Shown here in pieces: positions 1 to 8,028 of a DNA stretch of 8,814 nt. Within the stretch, counting starts at the first letter, position 1. Every line of letters starts with the position of its first letter. The notes under the pieces are model-generated. The model searched no databases, was not told where the DNA came from, and saw only the letters and a program-made list of their open reading frames with translations. A program made the position numbers and the translations under genes. This stretch comes from Octopus sinensis (Eukaryota): the NCBI RefSeq assembly GCF_006345805.1, contig NW_021828317.1:1-8814 (forward strand). The letters run 5' to 3'.

Positions 1-490
1 CCACTACCAGCACTAAAACCACCACCCCATCACCACCATCACCACCACTACCAGCACTAAAAAACCCACCACTACCATTACTAAAACCCCCCCCCCCCAC
101 AACCATCACCACCATCACCACCCATACCAGCACTAAAACCACCACAACCACCATCACCCCCACAACCATCACCACCATCACCACCACTACCAGCACTAAA
201 AACCACAACTACCACCACCACCATCACCCCACAACCATCACCACCATCACCACCACTACCAGCACTAAAACCACCACTCACCATTACTAACCCCCCCCCC
301 ACAACCATCACCACCATCACCAACCACTACCAGCACTAAAACCACCACAACCACCATCACCGCCCACCCCCACCAACCATCACCAACCATCACTCACCAG
401 CAACTACCACCAAAAACCACAACACACCACCACCATCACCCCACAACCATCACCACCATCACCACCACTACCAGCACTAAAACCACCACC
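1..490. repeat. Degenerate C/A-rich minisatellite, ~45-75-bp units built from (CAC/CAT)n plus the anchor CCAGCACTAAAA; runs off the left edge
   Basis: Anchor CCAGCACTAA starts at 7, 51, 127, 190, 259, 330 and 471, with a partial copy at 397. Spacers are CCACCATCACC-type triplet runs. Confidence 0.9.
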
Positions 491-517
491 ACTTACTTAC
501 CACACAGTCACTCTTAA

Positions 518-738
518 CCCTTTCATGACCAACCCGGCTGAAACCGGCTCGGGCTCTATAGTTCAAATGTCTTGTTTTCATAAGTTTTGAATTAAAATCT
601 TCCACCAAACCTAAGTCACAATTTATTTTCCTAACACTAGCTGAATGATAACGAAGTTATTTTACTAAATTCTTTGTTATATTTAAAGTAATTGAAAGAA
701 ACACAGAGCATCTCAACAGAAATATGGTAACAAAAGGG
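518..738. mobile_element. MITE, piggyBac-like non-autonomous DNA transposon, copy 1 (221 bp)
   Basis: Preceded by TTAA (514-517), starts CCC, ends GGG, followed by TTAT (739-742). The 14-bp imperfect TIR matches at 11/14 (CCCTTTCATGACCA vs reverse complement CCCTTTTGTTACCA). TTAA targets with CCC...GGG ends are the established piggyBac signature. No ORF. Confidence 0.8.
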
Positions 739-742
739 TTAT

Positions 743-963
743 CCCTTTTGGTACCATCCTACCTGAAACCACCTCTGTATCTGTAGTACAAATGTCTTGT
801 TTTCAAAAGTTCTGAATTAAAATCTTCCACCAAAACTTAGTCACAATTTATGTTCCTAACACTAGCTGAATGATAACGAAGTTATTTTACTAAATTCTTT
901 GTTATATTTAAAGTAATTGAAAGAAGCACAGAGCATCTCAACAGAAATATGGTAACAAAAGGG
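743..963. mobile_element. MITE, piggyBac-like, copy 2 (221 bp), directly head-to-tail with copy 1
   Basis: Aligns to 518-738 without gaps, with about 21 mismatches by manual count. TIR matches at 13/14 (CCCTTTTGGTACCA ... TGGTAACAAAAGGG). Followed by TTAA (964-967). Confidence 0.82.
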
Positions 964-1041
964 TTAAGGATGTTGAACGAACCACCCATGTTTCCACCGA
1001 TGGATTTTCCAAACCCCAAAGAATCCCTTCAACTTGACATT

Positions 1042-1470
1042 CCCCCCCCACTCGACAGTCCCCCCACTCAACAGTCCCCCCACTCAACAGTCCCCCCCAC
1101 TCAACAGTCCCCCCACTCAACAACAGTCCCCACCTCAACAGTCCCTCCACTCAACAGTCCCCCAACTCGACAACCCCCATTCAACAGTCCGCCCACTCAT
1201 CAACAGTCCCCACTCGACAGTCCCCCCACTCGACAGTCCCCCCACTCAACAGTCCCCCCCACTCCATAGTACCACCACTCGACAGTCCCCCCACTCAACA
1301 GTCCCCCCACTCAACAGTCCCTCCACTCAACAGTCCCTCCACTCAACAGCCCCCAACTCGACAGTCCCACCATTTGACAGTCCCCAAACTCCACTAGTAC
1401 TTCTATCATGGTCCCCCCCCACCAACAGCTCCCCCAAAGTCTCCCCACCACTGACAGTCCCCTCACCTGA
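1042..1470. repeat. ~16-bp minisatellite (CCCCCCACTCAACAGT)n, about 20 recognisable units to ~1385, then decaying
   Basis: Repeated ACTCAACAGTC/ACTCGACAGTC cores separated by C-runs of variable length. Confidence 0.92.
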
Positions 1471-1805
1471 CACTCCGTCCCACCAACCCCACTCCCAATA
1501 ATCCCCGGACACACCAACTCTAATCTAACAAACCAAGACCTATGATCAAAAGTGTTCCAACCACGACCACCACCTTCAACTATCCACAAGCCTGTTTGAT
1601 ATTGTCTGTTTCGGTTCCAGGTGAACGCTAATCACAGAGCGAAACGATGATCAAAGCTATTCCGGTCAACCATAAAACCCCCTGTTTTTTACTATTTTGC
1701 ATACAATAGTCTATCTAAGAGTACCCTATCATAATGTCCCCTTTTGTTCTTCCGTTCTTTGTTTCTTCCTTTCTTTCTCTCATTTTCTTTCTTTCCTTTT
1801 CTTTT

Positions 1806-2213
1806 ATACTCTTTTACTCTTTACTCTTTTACTTGTTTCAGTCATTTGACTGCGGCCATGCTGGAGCACCACCTTTAGTCGAGCAAATCGACCCCGGGAC
1901 TTATTCTTTGTAAGCCCAGTACTTATTCTATCGGTCTCTTTTGCCAAACCGCTAAGTGACGGAGACGTAAACACTTCAGCATCGGTTGTCAAGCAATGCT
2001 AGGGGGACAACACAGACACACAAACACACACATACATATATCTATATATACGACAGGCTCTTTCAGTTTCCGTCTACCAAATCCACTCACAAGGCATTGG
2101 TCGGCCCGGGGCTATAGCAGAAGACACTTGCCCAAGATGCCACGCAGTGGGACTGAACCCGGAACCATGTGGTTGGTTAGCAAGCTACTTACCACACAGC
2201 CACTCCCACCTAT
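1806..2213 (-). mobile_element. tRNA-derived SINE, family A, near full length
   Basis: The minus strand starts AGGTGGGAGTGGCTGTGTGG (A-box-like TGGCTGTGTGG) and has a B-box-like GGTTCAGTCCC, an internal GT/AT microsatellite and a tandem (TAAAAGAG)n 3' tail. It is homologous to 2789-2858, 4838-4875 and 8124-8440. Confidence 0.88.
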
Positions 2214-2359
2214 TTTCATGTATGGTTTTTTATTTTTTTTTAATATATTTTCTTTTCTATTTTTATTGTCATTGTTTCGCGCATGGGGTTGTGGAGGAGA
2301 GGGGGGTTTAGTTGGGTGGGGTGTGATTTAAGAGATTTGGTTGTTATATTTACTTACGC

Positions 2360-2502
2360 TATATAAATATGATATGATATGATATAATGCAATGTAACAT
2401 TATAATATAGATATACATGTGTATGTATGTATGTATATATCTATATATATATAATATATATATAATATATATATATATATGTATATATATATGTATATGT
2501 AC

Positions 2503-2541
<39 letters not shown>

Positions 2542-2679
2542 GTAAATATACATATATATGTATATATATATATGTATGTATGTAATATATGGTATGTTCT
2601 TTGTTGTGTATGCACATACATATGTATACAGATATGCATGTGCTTTTATATATGTCTATGTATATATATGGACACAAGA

Positions 2680-2716
<37 letters not shown>
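2360..2716. repeat. Imperfect (TA)n/(TATG)n microsatellite tract
   Basis: Direct reading; this tract produces the Y/I-rich ORF artefacts. Confidence 0.95.
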
Positions 2717-2788
2717 GGATCAAAACAGTTTGATTGAAATTCGTTTGTACTCTTGAGTTTCAAGCATGATGCTAGTCATCAGCCATTT

Positions 2789-2858
2789 TGAATTTGGCAG
2801 ACGGAAACTGAAAGAAGCCTGTTGTATAATTTATATGTGTGTATGTGTGTGTGTGTGT
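2789..2858 (+). mobile_element. Internal fragment of SINE family A
   Basis: TGAATTTGGCAGACGGAAACTGAAAGAAGCCTGT plus a TA/TG run matches TGGATTTGGTAGACAGAAACTGAATGAAGCCTGT in the copy at 8124-8440 and the reverse complement of ~2045-2085. Confidence 0.75.
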
Positions 2859-3399
2859 ATCATCATCATCATCATCATCATTGTTTAACATCTGTTTTCT
2901 ATGCTCGCACGGGTTGGACGGTTCGGCCGGGGTCTGGGGAGCCAGGAGGCTGCACCAGGCTCCAGTCTGATCAGGCAGTGTTCCTACAGCTGGATGCTCT
3001 TCCTAATGCCAACCACTTCGTGGGTATAGTGGGTGCTTTTTACGTGCCACCAGCACAGGGACCAGAGGAGGCTGGCAATGGCCACGATCGGTTGGTGCTT
3101 TTTACGTGTCACAGGCACAGACACCAATCAAGGCAGCACTGGCATTGGCCACGTTCGGATGGTGTTTTTTACATGCCACCAGCACAGATATCACAACTAC
3201 AATTTCCATTTGATTTTGATGTTGATGTTGACATACTTGACTCAATAGGTCTCTTCAAGCACAGCAAGTCACCCCATGATCCAAGGTTAGCACTCCAGGC
3301 TGTCCTGCGAACCATGAACTCACTTCATTTGTCAGTTCTTCGCAGTCACAGCACATTTCAGAGGTCTCAGTCATTCGTCATTGCCTCTGTGAGGCCCAG
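2859..3399 (-). mobile_element. 5'-truncated LINE 3' end, probably RTE clade: last codons of the ORF, 3' UTR and (GAT)n tail
   Basis: The minus strand ends in a (GAT)n tail at 2859-2882. From ~3397 down it translates to degenerate GLTEAMTND*DL(W)KCAV, resembling the 'DR..W+..V' C-terminus of RTE ORFs. The UTR holds three tandem GTGCTTTTTACGTGCCACCAGCAC-like motifs (3033-3056, 3095-3118, 3162-3185). The clade call is from pattern recognition only. Confidence 0.6.
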
Positions 3400-3819
3400 C
3401 GTGCCACCGGCACAGGTATTACAACTACTATTACAACTATTAGGGTGGCGAGCTGGCAGAAACGTTAGCACGGCGGGTGAAATGCGTAGCCGTATTTCGT
3501 CTGTCGTTACGTTCTGAGTTCAAATTCCGCCGAGGTCGACTTTGCCTTTCATCCTTTCGGGGTCGATAAATTAAGTACCAGTTACGCACTGGGGTCGATG
3601 TAATCGACTTAATACCTATGTGTGTCCTTGTTTGTCCCCTCTGTGTTTAGCCCTTTGTGGGTAATAAAGAAATAGGTATTACAACTACAATATCCATTTG
3701 ATTTTGATTTTCATGTTGACGTACTTGACTCAATTGGTCTCCTCAAGCACAGCAGGTCACCCTACGATCCAAGGTTAGCACAGCAGGCCGTCCTGCGAGC
3801 CATGAACTCACTTCATTTG
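3400..3819 (-). mobile_element. Second partial copy of the same LINE 3' segment, interrupted by a SINE (pieces 3400-3428 and 3689-3819)
   Basis: Joined, the pieces align to 3172-3331 at roughly 90% identity (about 15 mismatches in ~150 nt by eye). Confidence 0.8.
3442..3673 (+). mobile_element. tRNA-derived SINE, family B
   Basis: A-box-like TGGCAGAAACG (3454-3464), B-box GAGTTCAAATTCC (3516-3528) and A-rich end AATAAAGAAAT. Flanked by the direct repeat AGGTATTACAACTAC (3414-3428 and 3674-3688). Confidence 0.85.
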
Positions 3820-3943
3820 CCCTCCTGGGGCTACAAGCTACAGTAGCATCCACCCTTAATAGTTAGCCACATTTAAGTGGCAAATATACTTCACGATGTC
3901 GTGCAGCTACTGTTTATACCTCGCTCAGAGATTTATTATTGAT

Positions 3944-3965
3944 TATAAATATATATTATACATAC

Positions 3966-4019
<54 letters not shown>

Positions 4020-4025
4020 GTATGT
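3944..4025. repeat. (TA)n microsatellite
   Basis: Direct reading. Confidence 0.95.
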
Positions 4026-4224
4026 ATGACCGCGTGTGTACTGTTGAGATTGATTTTTTTCCTCCGTCTTCCCTCCTTTGGATCTTTCTTTTCCTATGTT
4101 TCTTATGAAGAGCTTCGCTCGAAACGTTAAACCCCCCTTCTTCCTGAGCGTCCAATACTATATTTGTTTTCCCACGTCCTCACATTGTTGTGTTTTCTCT
4201 TTGTGTTTTCATGTTTGGATTAAC
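4026..4224 (+). mobile_element. Probable Penelope-like element terminal remnant embedded in (TA)n
   Basis: Contains a minimal hammerhead-type motif (4098-4132), a motif class known from Penelope-like element termini. The boundaries are set only by the flanking TA tracts. No RT or GIY-YIG coding sequence is visible. Confidence 0.5.
4098..4132 (+). ncRNA. Degenerate minimal type I hammerhead ribozyme motif (core G5->U, probably inactive)
   Basis: GTTT (helix I) - CTTATGA (consensus CUGANGA) - A - GAGC ttc GCTC (helix II) - GAAA - CG-T-T (palindromic ACGU in place of helix III; triplet GUU) - AAAC (helix I partner). Confidence 0.6.
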
Positions 4225-4235
4225 TATATTTATAA

Positions 4236-4297
<62 letters not shown>
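4225..4297. repeat. (TA)n microsatellite
   Basis: Direct reading. Confidence 0.95.
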
Positions 4298-4837
<540 letters not shown>

Positions 4838-4875
4838 TAGGTGCAGGAGTGGCTATGTTGTAAGTAGCTTGCTTA
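4838..4875 (+). mobile_element. 5' piece (tRNA-like head) of a family A SINE; continues at 8124
   Basis: TAGGTGCAGGAGTGGCTATGTTGTAAGTAGCTTGCT aligns to the head of the intact copy at 2213->2177, then homology stops abruptly. Confidence 0.8.
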
Positions 4876-5474
4876 TCTTACTATGGAAGAGTTCACATTT
4901 TCTCATGCTGCTTGGAAGTCACGTCTTTCGACGTGAAAAATTGAACTTTTGAAGCACGACTACTGGCAGGGGGTTTGTTTTGTTATTTGGGGGATCAGTG
5001 GGGTTTGTTGCTCTGTAATGAATCATTTTTGTTGAGCAACAGTCTCCGCTCTGTTCCAGACATTTGCCTGCCTGTGGTCCTGCGAAAAGGCTCACTTTGC
5101 AGTGAGAATTGTGTTTTTGGGAGACGTATTCCCTCCGGAAAAATTTTTTTGTTTGTGGAAATTTTCTTTGTTTGACTGTGTTTGTGCCCTGGAAGTTCCA
5201 TTGGATTTATCATTCCGGCAAGGAGTACGAAGACAGCAAGAATTCATTTTTGTGCTGCGACGGTGAACTGGAGTACCTGTATTCTTGTGGATTACTTATA
5301 GACCAGGATTACCGGAGTGGCAGAATTGGGTTGCTGTGAATTGAACTGTCTTCCTTTGTTCTTTTTCTCTGCTCTGTCTTTCTGTTTATTTTTTTGGGTT
5401 TTTTTTTTATTGAACTTTTATTTGGAATATTTGAACTTTTTGTTCAAACTTTTTCTTTCTTTGTTTTTGCTATC

Positions 5475-6689
5475 ATGACAACAAAGAAAAACACTGTACT
5501 GGAGTAGGAAATTTTACCCCCTAAGCAGTGGATAAAGGACATATTCCAAGTCCCTCAACACCATCACTGTGTTCCCTCAAGTCGAGATAGAAAAGGAGTT
5601 GGCAGAATACCTGCCAACTATCAGGTTTATTGCAAGGGGTGCCAAATTTGCAACAGTGTGGGTGCTGTTTGACACCCCTGAGAAGGCTCACATTTTTGCG
5701 AGCCAGCTCCTGGAAGGGGAAAAAATTTTGTTCCTTCCCACATATTGTGGGAGGAAATTGACAAGAGCCTGGGTGTGTGGGTTGCCACCAGGAATAGAGC
5801 CCTAGTGGATAGAGGACACTATCCGCCGGGATCTGGGTAGCAGCGGAGCCAGGCTTTTAAATGTTAAAATGCTTCCTGTGGCTGATTGGGTGGGGTCGAA
5901 AGCAATTTCGACCCTATGGACCCAATCAGCCAAAGATCTGGTTTTTCCAGATTTCCTAAAGACGGCTGGTTCTAGGTATCCGGTGATTCTTGAGGGACGC
6001 CCCACCAAGTGTTGCTTGGGTTTGGAATCAGGCCACATAAAGAAGAACTGCTCCAAGGACCAAGCAAGGGTACTGGAGCAGTTAATAGAAGATCTCCCTG
6101 TTCCTCCAAGAGAGGCGCCTGAATCTCTAATGAAGGGACAGGTAGAGAAAGTCAAGGAGGAGGTAACCTCCTCGAAAACAAAAGGGAAGAAAAGAAAGGT
6201 GGGCAACGATGGTTGCCCACCAATGGATCTTGAGGTGGCGGGAGGGAAGGAGGGACTTCTGAACATGATGGAAGAACTCCACCCTCCCATCGTAAACAAA
6301 AAGAAAAAAGGAAGAAGAAAAACGGGGCATTGCCGGTGGTTGCTGTTGCACCAGCGGCATGTTCCGAAACCCCTTCGGTGGAACGTGAGCCACCGGAGGA
6401 GGGGAAGAAGAAGGCGCCTCCCATGAGAAATGATAAAGCATACGTGATCTTCTATCTCAGGAGAGGCGCTATAGAAAGCCCCTTTAATAGTCGGGACCTG
6501 ATAGACTCGACTTGTATTCCAGAGTAGCCTCCGGAGGTGGCTGCTCGGGTACTGGAATAAAGGAACCTCTATCATATAATGGACTCCTTCTCAAAGGAAA
6601 AGTACGGATCTTGTTTATGGGCCCTCAACTTGCAGCTGCTGGAATGCCTGCAGGAGGCAAGAAAGTTTATTAGGGACTCATATGTGTAA
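5475..6689 (+). pseudogene. Disrupted gag-like ORF1 of a non-LTR retrotransposon (RRM-like segments plus CCHC zinc knuckle), ~400 codons reconstructed
   Basis: Track ORFs 5569-5805 and 5869-6426 share one frame, separated only by TAG 5803-5805. Motifs: ATVWVLFDTPEKA (RNP1-like), LPTYCGRKLTRAWVCGLPPGI, and VILEGRPTKC-CL-G-LESG-H-IKKN-C (6010-6051), which is CX2CX4HX4C with the second Cys codon as GGT, one change from TGT. Inferred extensions: ATG 5475 (TAG 5505, frameshift ~5537), and a frameshift in the A-run ~6298-6309 leading through TAG 6525 and TAA 6558 to TAA TAG at 6687-6692. The core is firm; the termini are inferred. Confidence 0.78.
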
Positions 6690-6692
6690 TAG

Positions 6693-6862
6693 TGGAGGCA
6701 CATGGCCTAGTGGTTAGAGCAGCGGACATGCAGTCGAGGGATTGCCGGTTCGAATCTCAGACTAGGCAATGTGTGTGTTTATGAGCGAAAACACCTCTAA
6801 GCTCCACGCGGCTCCGGCAGAAGGTAATGGCAAACTTCTGCTGACTTTTTCGCCACAACTTT
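6693..6862 (+). mobile_element. 3'-truncated family C SINE head and body, tandem upstream copy
   Basis: About 95% identical to 6865-7033 (about 7 substitutions and 2 indels by eye). A-box TGGCCTAGTGG, B-box GGTTCGAATCT. Confidence 0.88.
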
Positions 6863-6864
6863 GG

Positions 6865-7173
6865 TGGAGACACATGGCCTAGTGGTTAGAGCAGTGGACA
6901 TGCAGTCGAGGGATCGCCGGTTCGAATCTCAGACTAGGCAATGTGTGTGTTTATGAGCGAAAACACCTAAGCTCCACATGGCTCCGGCAGAAGGTAATGG
7001 CGAAACTTCTGCAGACTCTTTCGCCACAACTTTCTCTCACTCTTTCCTCCTGCATCTTGCAGCTCACCTGCAATGGACCGGCGTCCCATCCAGGTGGGGA
7101 ACCTATACGCCAAGGAACTGGGAAACCGGCCCTTATGAGCCAGGCATGGCTTGAGAAGGAACAAACAACAACA
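6865..7173 (+). mobile_element. tRNA-derived SINE, family C head with tail type 2 and (AAC)n end
   Basis: A and B boxes as in the upstream copy; ends ACAAACAACAACA. The 13-bp TSD ATATGTGTAATAG (6680-6692 and 7174-7186) encloses both this copy and 6693-6862. Confidence 0.9.
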
Positions 7174-7262
7174 ATATGTGTAATAGGTTTATTGCCTTAT
7201 TAAATTGGTTTATAATTGTAATGGACTTTTTAGTCCATAAAGTGTAATAAAAATTGTAAGAG

Positions 7263-7303
7263 GGTAGTGGTAATGATGGTGGTGGAGGTGATGATCGTGA
7301 TGA

Positions 7304-7337
<34 letters not shown>

Positions 7338-7539
7338 GGTGATGATGATGATGGTGGTGGTGGTGGTGGTGGTGGTGATGATGATGATGATGGTGGTGGT
7401 GGTGATGATGATGATGGTGGTGGTGGTGATGATGATGATGATGATGTTGATGGTGGTGATGATGATGGTGGTGGTGGTGGTGGTGGTGGTGGTGATGATC
7501 ATGGTGCTAGTTGTGGTTGTGGTGGTTGCAGTGATGGTA
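7263..7539. repeat. Compound trinucleotide microsatellite with alternating (GAT)n and (GGT)n blocks
   Basis: Direct reading; this is the source of the poly-M/V and poly-I/T ORF artefacts. Confidence 0.95.
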
Positions 7540-7639
7540 ATACCTCATTCAGTATTTTTAAAAAACAACAATGTTTTAGAGAAGCAAAAGTCGGCGGGCG
7601 CTTTTCGTCTTCTCCCATCCTTATCATCCTTGTATCATT

Positions 7640-8028
7640 GGATGGAAGCACTCCGTCGGTTACGACGATGAGGGTTCCGGTTGATCCGAATCAACGGAAC
7701 AGCCTGCTCGTGAAATTAACGTGTAAGTGGCTGAGCACTCCACAGACACATGTACCCTTAACGTAGTTCTCGGGGATATTCAGCGTGACACAGAGAGTGA
7801 CAAGGCTGGCCCCTTGAAATACAGGTACAACAGAAACAGGAAGTAAGAGTGAGAGAAAGTTGTGGTGAAAGAGTACAGCAGGGATCACCACCATCCCCTG
7901 CCGGAGCCTCGTGGAGCTTTTAGGTGTTTTCACTCAATAAACACTCACAACGCCCGGTCTGGGAATCGAAACCGCGATCCTATGACCGCGAGTCTGCTGC
8001 CCTAACCACTGGGCCATTGCGCCTCCAC
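7640..8028 (-). mobile_element. tRNA-derived SINE, family C head with tail type 3, full length
   Basis: Minus-strand head GGAGGCGCAATGGCCCAGTGG with B-box GTTTCGATTCC. Perfect 12-bp TSD CCTTGTATCATT (7628-7639 and 8029-8040). Confidence 0.92.

Noticed and set aside
81-323. Gly-rich ORF (GGDGGDGCGG) on the minus strand
   Set aside because: It is a translation of the minisatellite. Unit lengths are not consistently multiples of 3, so the frame is not maintained.
938-1589. Pro/Ser/Thr-rich mucin-like ORFs and their antisense counterparts
   Set aside because: They are open in several frames of a 16-bp repeat with variable C-runs, which is an artefact of low complexity.
1617-1650. Second possible hammerhead (CAGGTGA-A-CGCT...AGCG-AAACG)
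   Set aside because: It has two core mismatches, no helix III palindrome or valid cleavage triplet, and no helix I. It is consistent with chance.
1540-1673. Two degenerate direct repeats starting ATGATCAAA (1542 and 1647)
   Set aside because: They may be old repeat ends, but they are too short and diverged to support a call from sequence alone.
2822-3517. 231-aa ORF with a poly-His start
   Set aside because: It runs antisense through LINE remnants, a TSD and a SINE head. The His run is the (ATC)n tail of the LINE.
5802-6575. 257-aa minus-strand ORF and other antisense ORFs over ORF1
   Set aside because: There are no recognisable motifs, and the plus strand carries the RRM/CCHC signal. They are probably shadow ORFs.
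6693-6935. Possible genuine tRNA genes (A and B boxes, tRNA-like heads here and elsewhere in the window)
   Set aside because: I see no complete cloverleaf with acceptor stem. Each continues into a SINE body and tail, and several have TSDs.
7221-7238. Histone 3' stem-loop look-alike (UUUU loop)
   Set aside because: The stem does not fit the GGYYYU/ARRRCC consensus, and there is no histone ORF upstream.
4876-7259. Inverted hexamers TCTTAC (4876-4881) and GTAAGA (~7256-7261) as possible TIRs of a DNA or LTR element
   Set aside because: They are only 6 bp, with no matching TSD and no LTRs. The 12-14-bp direct repeat at 4862 and 8124 explains the boundaries better.
7230-7671. Poly-Met/Val and poly-Ile/Thr ORFs
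   Set aside because: They are translations of the (GAT)n/(GGT)n tract.
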